From the IMG/VR virus record IMGVR_UViG_3300033112_000310, positions 44,441 through 108,440 of that record: DNA of 64,000 nucleotides; one strand, written 5' to 3'. Made by a program: the position numbers and the translations under genes. Shown piece by piece: positions 37,420 to 45,509 of the stretch. The notes beneath the pieces are model-generated. The model ran no database searches. It had not been told where the DNA came from and saw only the letters and a list, made by a program, of their open reading frames with translations. Numbering within the stretch: position 1 is the first letter of the stretch; each line of letters begins with the position of its first letter. This stretch comes from a virus.

Positions 37420-38009
37420 GCGTGGTCAATCATCGGCGTGATGGCCGCCGGGGTGAACTGCAGGACGTACTGCACGAACCCGCCGTCCGCAATCACGTCG
37501 TAGCCCCCGTTCTTGGTCGCCTGAATGTACCGGACGCTCGCGTCGTCGAGGGTCGCCGGGATGGTCAAGTTGCCGTCCGTGCCGCGCACGACGTTGTTCG
37601 CGGGCGTGCTCGTAGGTGCCTGCAGGAGGTACGCCAAGTTGAATTGCGACCCTTCCGCAAGGTCCATGATCGCCTTGATCGCCGCCTGCTGCTCCGACGA
37701 AATCGCGAACCCGTCTGCGTCGTTACGCGCGAGGTAGACGTTGATGGTCGCCTGGTCGAAGGTCGATGCGCCAGCCTTCGACAGCGCCCGCTTGCGTCCG
37801 ACCGGGGTCTGCTGAACCTGCGACGGCGTTTGCGACAACGCCGATGGCGCGTCGCAGACGATTTCGTTGGCAGGGATGACCAGCGAACTGCCACCAACGA
37901 TGTCGTCGAAGTCGTACTTCTTGCCGCTGTCGCCGGTCGCCGTGAGCGGGCCACCCGACTTGATGAACACGTAGGTTTCGGTCGAATCGACCAGTTGGGT
38001 TCCTGCCAT
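37416..38009 (-). CDS. major tail (tube) protein
   Basis: Synteny upstream of chaperone and tape measure; 197 aa, beta-rich. Confidence 0.7.
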   Translation of the reverse strand: MAGTQLVDSTETYVFIKSGGPLTATGDSGKKYDFDDIVGGSSLVIPANEIVCDAPSALSQTPSQVQQTPVGRKRALSKAGASTFDQATINVYLARNDADGFAISSEQQAAIKAIMDLAEGSQFNLAYLLQAPTSTPANNVVRGTDGNLTIPATLDDASVRYIQATKNGGYDVIADGGFVQYVLQFTPAAITPMIDHA

Positions 38010-38100
38010 TGGAGTTTCCGCGCTGGCTGAGACGAGCCAACACTACCACATGGCATGGCGTGTTTGACCACTTGTTGGCGAAAACCGCCAACCCGGTGTT

Positions 38101-38652
38101 TCAGTCGACGGTTTGCGGGTCCAGGGAGCTTGACGCCTCGAATACGACCAGGCCGGCGGTCGCGTCCAGGCCGCGCTGGATGCTGTCCACGACGGACGTC
38201 GGCACGAGGTTCCAGCGCAGGAGTCGCTGACCGCCGGTGAGCCACGGCCGAATGTCACCGGCGATGAGCGACCGGGCCATGACGAGTATCTTGGCGCGTT
38301 GTTTGCGGGACGGGTCGTCTTTGTCCGCGAGCCGCGCCAGTTCGTCGACCACTCGTTGTTGCTGTCTCGGGTTCCGGCGATCCGACGGGTCCGTCGTGAA
38401 ATCCGTGACCGCCACCGTAATCACCAGGTCGAACGTCCAGACGAAGCCGCGCGGACGGCCCGTCGGCCCTTGCCCCGCTTCGTTGCCGACGCGGTCCACG
38501 GAGACCCCGACGTTGCCCGAGGCCGCTGCGGTTACCCGCGCTCGCGCGACAACGCGGGGGCCGGGCGTGTCGGGGGGCAGCAGGGGCAGAATCCCGGACT
38601 TGTCCAGCTTGTCCGCAAGGACACTGACCACCGCTTCGTCTATCGCCCGCAT
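38101..38652 (-). CDS. putative tail completion/terminator protein
   Basis: Synteny upstream of the tail tube gene only. Confidence 0.45.
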   Translation of the reverse strand: MRAIDEAVVSVLADKLDKSGILPLLPPDTPGPRVVARARVTAAASGNVGVSVDRVGNEAGQGPTGRPRGFVWTFDLVITVAVTDFTTDPSDRRNPRQQQRVVDELARLADKDDPSRKQRAKILVMARSLIAGDIRPWLTGGQRLLRWNLVPTSVVDSIQRGLDATAGLVVFEASSSLDPQTVD

Positions 38653-39269
38653 CCGCCTTCTCCCCTGCGTGCTTCGTCACGCCACCGCGCGACCACCCCG
38701 GCTTCGACGCCTGCGTGTTCGGGCACATGCCACCAGCCCCACAGCTCGGGCCTGTCGCATACCAGCAGGCACGGCCACCCCTTCGCCGCAAGGCGCTCGA
38801 CCGTCTCGCGGTCGTCTTCCACCGCCAACGCCACCCGGTTGCTTCCGCGGGCCGCGTAGGCGAGCTTGAGTTCCGGGTTCCGTCTCGTGTCGTCGTTGGC
38901 CCGACAGAGCGTGAACGACGGCACCACCCCGTGCCGGCCAAGCCACTCGTCGGCAAGATCCCGGTGGCGCGTCGGCTCGCCCGTCCACACGCAACACTCG
39001 GTGCCAGCGTCCTGCAGGCGATGGAACAGGTCGATCACCGCGGGTCGCGGCGGATCGTCCAGCAGCCGGGCGAAGTATTCGGGCCACGACGGCGCAGAAG
39101 CGCGACGCTGCGCGTTGTCCGAAAGGGTGCCGGCGAGGTCGAAGTAGACGCGCTCGCCCGTAGGGTCAACGCCGGCAGGTCGGTACTGGTGTTCGTCGCA
39201 GTACCAGCCGTCGACAAGCCGGGGGCACCCCGGCCAGTCGCATTCGAGAAGGCTCGAGCCTTGTCCCAT
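38640..39269 (-). CDS. HAD-family phosphatase-like protein (PseT/PNKP phosphatase type) with N-terminal zinc motif
   Basis: FDLAGTL, WTGEP, K, VEDD motifs; N-terminal CDWPGCPRLVDGWYCDEH. Confidence 0.75.
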   Translation of the reverse strand: MGQGSSLLECDWPGCPRLVDGWYCDEHQYRPAGVDPTGERVYFDLAGTLSDNAQRRASAPSWPEYFARLLDDPPRPAVIDLFHRLQDAGTECCVWTGEPTRHRDLADEWLGRHGVVPSFTLCRANDDTRRNPELKLAYAARGSNRVALAVEDDRETVERLAAKGWPCLLVCDRPELWGWWHVPEHAGVEAGVVARWRDEARRGEGGCGR

Positions 39270-39272
39270 CCG

Positions 39273-40055
39273 TCACAGTGCGGCAGACAGCCGTTGCGCC
39301 CGCGCCCGCTTCGGCCCGGTGATGCCGCGCAACGCCACTGCCGCCTCGCTCACCGCCCCCCACTGTGCGCAGCCCCACACGTAGCAGGCCTCGATGCACG
39401 CCGGCGTCTCGCACGACAGATACCGCTTGGCGCGTATCTGCGCGCTTTCGATGTCCTGGTCGAGCACGAGTTCGCATTCCTCGACCGTCAGCGTCCGGTT
39501 CGCGAACCGCGCCCTGTCGCCGTTCTGTACCACGCTGTGGCCCCAACAGACGTGCCCGTTGGCCGACACCCGCAGCAGCGGCCCGTTTCGCGATTCCGCG
39601 TCCTTGATCGTCTGACGCAGATCGACGGCCTCCGGCGACGGGGCCACGTCTTCCTGTGCCCCGTCGCCGGTGTTCCCGCTGGTTGAGGTATTCGCGTGTC
39701 TCGATGACAGGGCGAGAGCGTGTTCGACGATCCCGGCGCACGGCCCGTAGGTCGGGTTCGCCATGCAGAAGGCCATGCGGCGGTGCTCAAGATCGGCGGC
39801 GGCCGCGCGGTCGCGTGCCGCGCCGGCGCGCTCCGCGAGCCATTGGCGTCGCCCGTCGATGCCGTCCAGCAGTTCGGTTCCGCCCGGCGCGATTCCTAGC
39901 GCCGTCGCACATGCGACTCGTCCGACCACGCCTAGCGCCGTGGCGCAGCCGTCAGTGATTACGTGCCGGGTCGGCTTGATGGGCGTTGGTTCCACCGGGA
40001 CGACCGTACAGCCGGCGGCGGTGCAGACAAGGGCGATGGCCAGTAGCGCCTTCAT
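39273..40055 (-). CDS. lipoprotein with C-terminal lysozyme-like (GH24-like) domain, putative endolysin
   Basis: MKALLAIALVCTAAG-C lipobox; LRQTIKDAES...VCWGHSV...LTVEECELVLDQDIESA; AGAGGA SD. Confidence 0.6.
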   Translation of the reverse strand: MKALLAIALVCTAAGCTVVPVEPTPIKPTRHVITDGCATALGVVGRVACATALGIAPGGTELLDGIDGRRQWLAERAGAARDRAAAADLEHRRMAFCMANPTYGPCAGIVEHALALSSRHANTSTSGNTGDGAQEDVAPSPEAVDLRQTIKDAESRNGPLLRVSANGHVCWGHSVVQNGDRARFANRTLTVEECELVLDQDIESAQIRAKRYLSCETPACIEACYVWGCAQWGAVSEAAVALRGITGPKRARAQRLSAAL

Positions 40056-40082
40056 GTGTGTGTCCTCTGTTTTGAAGGTTGA

Positions 40083-40144
40083 CGCCCGGACGCCTTTTCG
40101 GCTGAGGCAGCCGCGTCCGCCTTGCGGTTGGGACCGTCCGGGCG
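40083..40144 (-). ncRNA. structured intergenic RNA candidate (three-way junction)
   Basis: Perfect 10-bp outer stem CGCCCGGACG/CGTCCGGGCG enclosing two hairpins. Confidence 0.4.
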
Positions 40145-40159
40145 GATGGAGTCTACCGC

Positions 40160-40510
40160 CTAGCAGGGGTCGTGCAGAACCTTCGTCTCGCGAGCGACGA
40201 GTTCGCCATCGACGATGGTGTCGATATGGCTCTTGCCGACCACGCACTTGTTCTCGTCGTCCCGGAATACGTTGTCGTACAGAAGCCACGCGGCGCCAAC
40301 GCCGAGAACAGTTAGCCCGGTGGCGACTAGGATGTCCTCGTTGTGCTCGGAAAGCCGGTACGAATCCGTCGAGGAGCGTTCCCGCTCCAATCCGGGGTAG
40401 TAGCCGATCTGCACGCCCGGCATGTCGGTCGCCGGCGTTATGGCCACCGGGGCGGTCGCGCACGACGCGAGTAGGAATGCGGCCAGCGCCGCAACGAGTG
40501 CTTTGGTCAT
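40160..40510 (-). CDS. lipoprotein with internal TM helix (unimolecular spanin-like?)
   Basis: MTKALVAALAAFLLAS-C lipobox plus later TM ILVATGLTVLGVGAAWLLY; located in the lysis cluster. Confidence 0.55.
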   Translation of the reverse strand: MTKALVAALAAFLLASCATAPVAITPATDMPGVQIGYYPGLERERSSTDSYRLSEHNEDILVATGLTVLGVGAAWLLYDNVFRDDENKCVVGKSHIDTIVDGELVARETKVLHDPC

Positions 40511-40520
40511 TGTTGCTCTC

Positions 40521-40943
40521 CTAGATGACAAGGTAGCCGTGCTTGGCCATCCACGCGGCGACCACCGCCACGGCAACCGCAGCGACGAACGGCAGGATGT
40601 CCGAACGCGACATCGCGTCTAGCCGCTTCTCCTCCAGTTCGAGGAACCGGTAGGCCAGATTGAACAGTTGGTTGATGACCGCCCCGCCGATGCCCCACAG
40701 GACTTCCGGTATCTCGGCCTGCGTCCAGGCCTCGATGACGAACACCGAAAGGAACACGACGACGCCCGACGACGCCACGGTCAGAACGTTCTTGTACCAG
40801 GGGCGGAACGTGTTTGGGCGACCGTCGCCCGAGTCCCCCGTAGGCGCCGGCGGCGTCTTGCGTGCCAGCTTCACCGCGAGCACGACAACGGCGATGAACA
40901 GCGCGCCGCTCAGCAACGCCAGAGTTGCAGTCCAGTCGATCAT
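40521..40943 (-). CDS. multi-pass membrane protein, holin candidate
   Basis: Three to four hydrophobic helices in 140 aa next to the lysozyme-like gene. Confidence 0.55.
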   Translation of the reverse strand: MIDWTATLALLSGALFIAVVVLAVKLARKTPPAPTGDSGDGRPNTFRPWYKNVLTVASSGVVVFLSVFVIEAWTQAEIPEVLWGIGGAVINQLFNLAYRFLELEEKRLDAMSRSDILPFVAAVAVAVVAAWMAKHGYLVI

Positions 40944-41009
40944 CTTTCCTCCCGTGGAAACTGACGTATTGCAGTCCGGCGTCGACTCGCCGACGAACTG
41001 ATGCGGTTT

Positions 41010-41282
41010 CTACTCGCCTTCCCGCGCATCGTCAAATCGGGGCCGGGCGTCATGTTCGCCACGGTGGTGCCCCAACTGGTCGGCGACGTAGACCTTCAGG
41101 TCGCTGATGTCCCGCCGCAGTTGTTCGTTGCCCGCCTCCAGCGACTCGAACTTGGCGTTCTCGATGGACATCCAGTAGGCGTCGTGCATTCGCTCGTAGA
41201 CGAAATAGCCGACGACGGCGGCGACGAGGGTTCCGAAGGCGATCCAGCCGGAAAGGCCGTCGATTCGCTCGCGCAGCGTCAC
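41010..41282 (-). CDS. membrane-anchored coiled-coil protein
   Basis: GTG start at 41282; TM WIAFGTLVAAVVGYFVY then coiled coil. Confidence 0.55.
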   Translation of the reverse strand: MTLRERIDGLSGWIAFGTLVAAVVGYFVYERMHDAYWMSIENAKFESLEAGNEQLRRDISDLKVYVADQLGHHRGEHDARPRFDDAREGE

Positions 41283-41602
41283 TAGGTCTGGCGCATCATT
41301 TCGATCATGCGCGTATGCGACGCGACGTTTTCTTCGGTATGGCGTTGGTGCGTATTTTCGATCCGTTCGAGGCCCTCGCCGATCTTGGCCATTTCCTGCT
41401 GCACTTCCCGGAGGACTTCGGTCTGCCGCTGGTTGGCTGCCGTCTGCGCCTTGTTCGCCTCGATCTGCGCGGCGGACGCGTCGAGAATCGCCCGGTGTTC
41501 GGATGTCGTCTTCGACTGCCACTTGACGAGCCAAACGGCAAACGGCACGACCACGGACGCGACGACGGCGACGACGATTCCTAGCACCCAAGGGATGTCC
41601 AT
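41282..41602 (-). CDS. membrane-anchored coiled-coil protein (holin/antiholin-like)
   Basis: N-terminal TM helix, coiled coil; GAGGA SD. Confidence 0.65.
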   Translation of the reverse strand: MDIPWVLGIVVAVVASVVVPFAVWLVKWQSKTTSEHRAILDASAAQIEANKAQTAANQRQTEVLREVQQEMAKIGEGLERIENTHQRHTEENVASHTRMIEMMRQT

Positions 41603-41684
41603 GTTTCCTCAGTCCCTCGCCTTTCTGCGCCAACGCTTCCCGGATAATAGCAGCACCGTTGCGTCGTAGTGGCTCAGCGCGTCC

Positions 41685-42047
41685 CTATTTCGCGCCACCC
41701 GGACATGCCGCGTCGTCGCACATCGTCGCCACCCCGTTTTCCACCAGGAAGTGGCACCAGTTCGCCGGCAGGTCGGACAGGTTGCGACCGTGCACGCGCC
41801 GGAAGTCCGGCGACGGGCCAACGCGACGGCTGCCCACCGAACCGTCCAGCGTCAGCGCACCTTCGGCGTCGAACGAAATCAGGTGGGGCGGGGACGTGAC
41901 GTAGACCTCGCGTCCGCCGCACGGACAGACGAACACGATTGCCTGCGGGGCGTCGGAACCGAACGGCCAGTGGATCACCGTGCCGTCCGCGTCCGACGGG
42001 CGGTGGTATTCGGTGGCCGTGTCCCGAGACTTCCGGTAGATGGTCAC
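41685..42047 (-). CDS. DUF6527-like protein
   Basis: FVCPCGG...LTLDGSV...WCHFLVENG. Confidence 0.65.
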   Translation of the reverse strand: MTIYRKSRDTATEYHRPSDADGTVIHWPFGSDAPQAIVFVCPCGGREVYVTSPPHLISFDAEGALTLDGSVGSRRVGPSPDFRRVHGRNLSDLPANWCHFLVENGVATMCDDAACPGGAK

Positions 42048-42736
42048 GGCTTCTGCGGCACGCCCCGCTCGTCCGCGTCGACCTTGCACCCTCCCTTGCC
42101 GAACACCGCGGCCAGCGCGTCCCGTTCCGCCCGGTCCACGGACAGCCCGTGCTTGCGCTTGACCGCAACCCATGTGCCGACATACCAGCGCACCCGCTTT
42201 TTCGGCAGCCACTCGGCGGGATCCTTGTCCACCTTCTCGTAGCGATTGACGCTCGGCAACGCCAAGGTCAGGTTGTCGAGGTCGCGGGCGAATGCGGTGC
42301 GCGTCGCGCGGTCGGCCCGGCACAAACCGCTGTCATGCGCTTCCGCCGCCGCGACAATGTGCTCGATGTCGGTGTCCCGGAGCGAGCGGACGCGGACACC
42401 AGGCATATAGGGGGACGGGAAGGGTCGGTCGAGCCACGCGCATCGGCTTTTCGGCTCGCCGCCGCATAATTCCTCGTCGAGTCCGTACCCCGCCCGCTCC
42501 GCGATTCTCCATTCGATGCCGCTGACATCGTGGTCGTAGTCCCTGTCGCGGTTGTAGTCAGAACAGCGGTGCTCCGGTTCGACCACCAGGCCGCACCACG
42601 TCTCCGCTTTCGACTCGTCTGCCGCAGCGCATTCGGCGATGAAGCCGACCGCGACAAGGCCGCACAGGGCCAGCACGGCGACCACGCCGATTGGTTCGAC
42701 CTTCTCGTAACGTGGCTTTATTGCGATTCCCTCCAT
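42044..42736 (-). CDS. secreted HNH-type nuclease (DUF1524-like)
   Basis: Signal/TM helix; DIEHIVAAAEAHDSG...FARDLDNLTLA..VNRYEKVDKDPAEWLP. Confidence 0.8.
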   Translation of the reverse strand: MEGIAIKPRYEKVEPIGVVAVLALCGLVAVGFIAECAAADESKAETWCGLVVEPEHRCSDYNRDRDYDHDVSGIEWRIAERAGYGLDEELCGGEPKSRCAWLDRPFPSPYMPGVRVRSLRDTDIEHIVAAAEAHDSGLCRADRATRTAFARDLDNLTLALPSVNRYEKVDKDPAEWLPKKRVRWYVGTWVAVKRKHGLSVDRAERDALAAVFGKGGCKVDADERGVPQKP

Positions 42737-43371
42737 TCCAGGTACGCCTTGTCGCGCTCGGCGGAACTCACCCGGCGTCCGACGGCGCGGCTGAGCGCCA
42801 AGCACTTGGGCTTTCCCCTGGATGTCCAGAACGCCCGGTTGCCCGGCTCGGCGTTGCGGATCGCTTCCACGACATCGTTTCCCGTATCCCTCGACTGCGC
42901 TTCATGGTCGAGCAGCCGGGTCTTGATGTTCGCCTTCGCGGACAGGATGCCCCCGGGGTCGTTCGCCATGTCGCGTTCCAGCCGCGCCCACAGTTCCCTC
43001 GCCGCGTCGTTCGCCGTGTCGTTGAGCTTGAGCGGGTGTTCGGAGGGGTCCGCCGGGCCGATCATGCCCGACCGCATGACGCGGCACGCCTCGTCGTAGA
43101 TGTCCGGCAGATAGTTCATGGGCAGTCCGCCGCCGAGGTCGCGCGCCCTCGCGTCCGCTTCCGCCCTGCGCCACTCGTCGATCGTCATGCCCGCGTCGGC
43201 GGCAAGCCGTTCCTCTTCCCGCAGAAGGTCGGCGGCACGCCGGTCGGCGTCAGACGTGTCCGGCGCGGCGTTCTGCTCGGCCATGTAGCGGTCCAGTTCG
43301 TCCTGCGCCCAATCGGTGCCCTGCGCAATTTCGCGCTTGAGATAGTCGATGTAGCCCTGGTCGATGCTCAT
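42718..43371 (-). CDS. hypothetical protein
   Basis: Start MSIDQGY at 43371; helical and acidic. Confidence 0.6.
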   Translation of the reverse strand: MSIDQGYIDYLKREIAQGTDWAQDELDRYMAEQNAAPDTSDADRRAADLLREEERLAADAGMTIDEWRRAEADARARDLGGGLPMNYLPDIYDEACRVMRSGMIGPADPSEHPLKLNDTANDAARELWARLERDMANDPGGILSAKANIKTRLLDHEAQSRDTGNDVVEAIRNAEPGNRAFWTSRGKPKCLALSRAVGRRVSSAERDKAYLEWRESQ

Positions 43372-43382
43372 GGGGGGGCGTC

Positions 43383-45370
43383 CTACTGGCACAGGTCGAT
43401 GGTTGGCGAATCGGCTACGTCCTGCCACTCGCGGCCGCCGGAGTAGAAGCGCACGTAGGGGCGTACAGCCAGCCATTCCCTACGATCAGTTATGCATATC
43501 CTCAGGTCTTCCTTCGCCTTCGGGTTGCAATCTTGCTCCGTCCGCGGGCCGTCTATACACCTCTGCCTCTTGGCTTCGATTTCCGCCGCGCAATCGTCCG
43601 GGTCCAAGTCCGCCAATCCCAATTTGATTTTGCCCTCGCGATCATCCGCACAACTGAACACGTCGTTCGGTACGTCGAGATAGGTTCGACTCTCCCACCG
43701 AAACACTGCGCGGTGGCCCGCCCCAAAGTCGCCGAAGGACCGTAAACGCACTGGCGACGGACTGTCAGTGGCGTCGGGCAAACGCCACGCTGAATTGTCC
43801 GACGCCTGCGCCCACACCTGCATGTTGATTGCGCCGTGGGTTGCGTTGATTTTCCCGCTCGCCACGTCGACGGGAAATTGGATTTTGCGGGAGAACTCGT
43901 ATATCCACTTGCCCTCGTACTTCTTGACCTCGATGAATGCAATGTCGTCCTCTCGCAGCGTCGGTGCTCGAAGCACGTTGTCCTCGTCGAACCAGCGCAG
44001 CGAAAGCGCGTTGGCACAATCCACCGAAGCATCGCCTTCGATGTCGGGGTGACATTGGTGGCCCGTTCCCGGATCGCGAATGAAGACGATGGGCGACCGG
44101 TCGCCCCTCACGATGTCGTCGTCCCACGTCGAGTAGGCTATGCCCGTCTCCCACACCACCGGGCCGGCTTGGCGCTCCGTGGTGTTTCGCGTACCCGTGT
44201 GCGGCGACCTCCATGCGGGGCCGAACAGGTCAGGCGCCCGGACGGGTATCGTGCCCTCGTAGTTCCACGTAGCCTCGAACTTGATGCCGTCGTCGAAGTA
44301 GTCGCCCTCCGTTCCTAACGGGTAGGGCTCTGGTTCTGGATCGGAAGTAACCAGGAACTCGGGCGAAATCCCGTAGATCGAATGCTGGTGGTCCTTGGCC
44401 TGATTGGTTCCGCCATCGATAGGATGGTTCGGCGGCAGCCTCCCGCTCCACGGCATGTCGGATCCGAGTCCGTGTCCGGTCTTCGCCGTGCCACCAGCAC
44501 CGCAGCCGGTCAAAGGCCAGTCCCCTTGCGTGCCTCTGTTGCTCGGCTGGCCAAGATGGTTCCTCCTGTCGGTCCCGGCGTAGTTGGTCCAGTCCCCGTC
44601 GATGAAGTCGGCGTAGTTGTCCGCCACCTTTAGGCCTCCGATCCAGTGCACGGAGGCACCCGTATAGGCGCGGTTGATGTCATAGTTGCTTCCGGCTGTT
44701 CCGATTTCGTAATCCCCCTGCGCCGTGCAAACGACGGGTCGAAAGCGAACCGCATGGCTGCGCAAATCGGCGTGCCCCTTGGCGATTGCGGCTCGGATGT
44801 GGCCCACATAGGGGATTTTTGTCTTGCAAAGCGGGCAGTTCGGCCTGATCCAATCGTCCGTGATGAACAGCAACCGGAACCTTCCTCCACGGTTAATCCC
44901 CCTCGGTCGCAACGACCAGTCGCCGGGAACTTCGACCGCCGGTCTGGTTCCGCTGTCGTCGGCGCCGACGACCGTCGCCGACCCCTGGTCGGTCCCCTCG
45001 CGACAGCGCGTCATGTGTTCCACGGTGTTGTAGACCCGGCGGAATATCCGTGCGCTGCGGCGACTCTGTTCGTCGTAGGCCTCGTCCTCCGTGATGCCGT
45101 CGGGCTGGTCGTCAAGGAAGCTCTGCAACTTGGTCCAGTATGCGCACAGTTCACCGTCCGCATCCTTGGCGCATTGCCGTTGCTGCTTTCGTTCCACTTC
45201 GGCCGCCGTCACGTAGTCGTCGCCTTCGGGGATGGGGCACACCCCCCCCCCCCGGCGCGGGCCGATTGGGCCGCCAACAGGACGATCACGAGAAGCGCGG
45301 CGCTCGCGGCGCCGAAACCGGTAGCTACCCGCAGCAATCGCAGCAGGACTGTTTCCGTTCGGTTGGTCAT
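43383..45370 (-). CDS. secreted Cys-rich lectin-like protein, frameshifted at a G12 tract
   Basis: GGAG SD and signal peptide from 45370 are out of frame with the 619-aa body at the G12 run (45242-45253); body has RFRLLFIT...GHADLR...VHWIGGLKVADNYADFIDGDW. Confidence 0.7.
45242..45253 (-). repeat. G12 homopolymer
   Basis: 12 consecutive C on the plus strand. Confidence 0.95.
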
Positions 45371-45509
45371 TGCAGACTCCATCTTATCCGCTGGCAGCGC
45401 GGCCCCGCCCCCTATCCGATGTGTCGTCGGGCAGAATGGAGCGGGGCGGGGCCGCGAAACCAGACCTCATTTGACCCGACGACACCGCCCAATCCTAACA
45501 CCCGACACG

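Noticed and set aside
40083..40144. c-di-GMP-I riboswitch call
   Set aside because: A GNRA loop and GGACGC are present, but the GCAAA joining motifs and the P3 layout do not fit.
43372..43378. Seven-base homopolymer as a second phase switch
   Set aside because: Short, intergenic and does not alter any frame.
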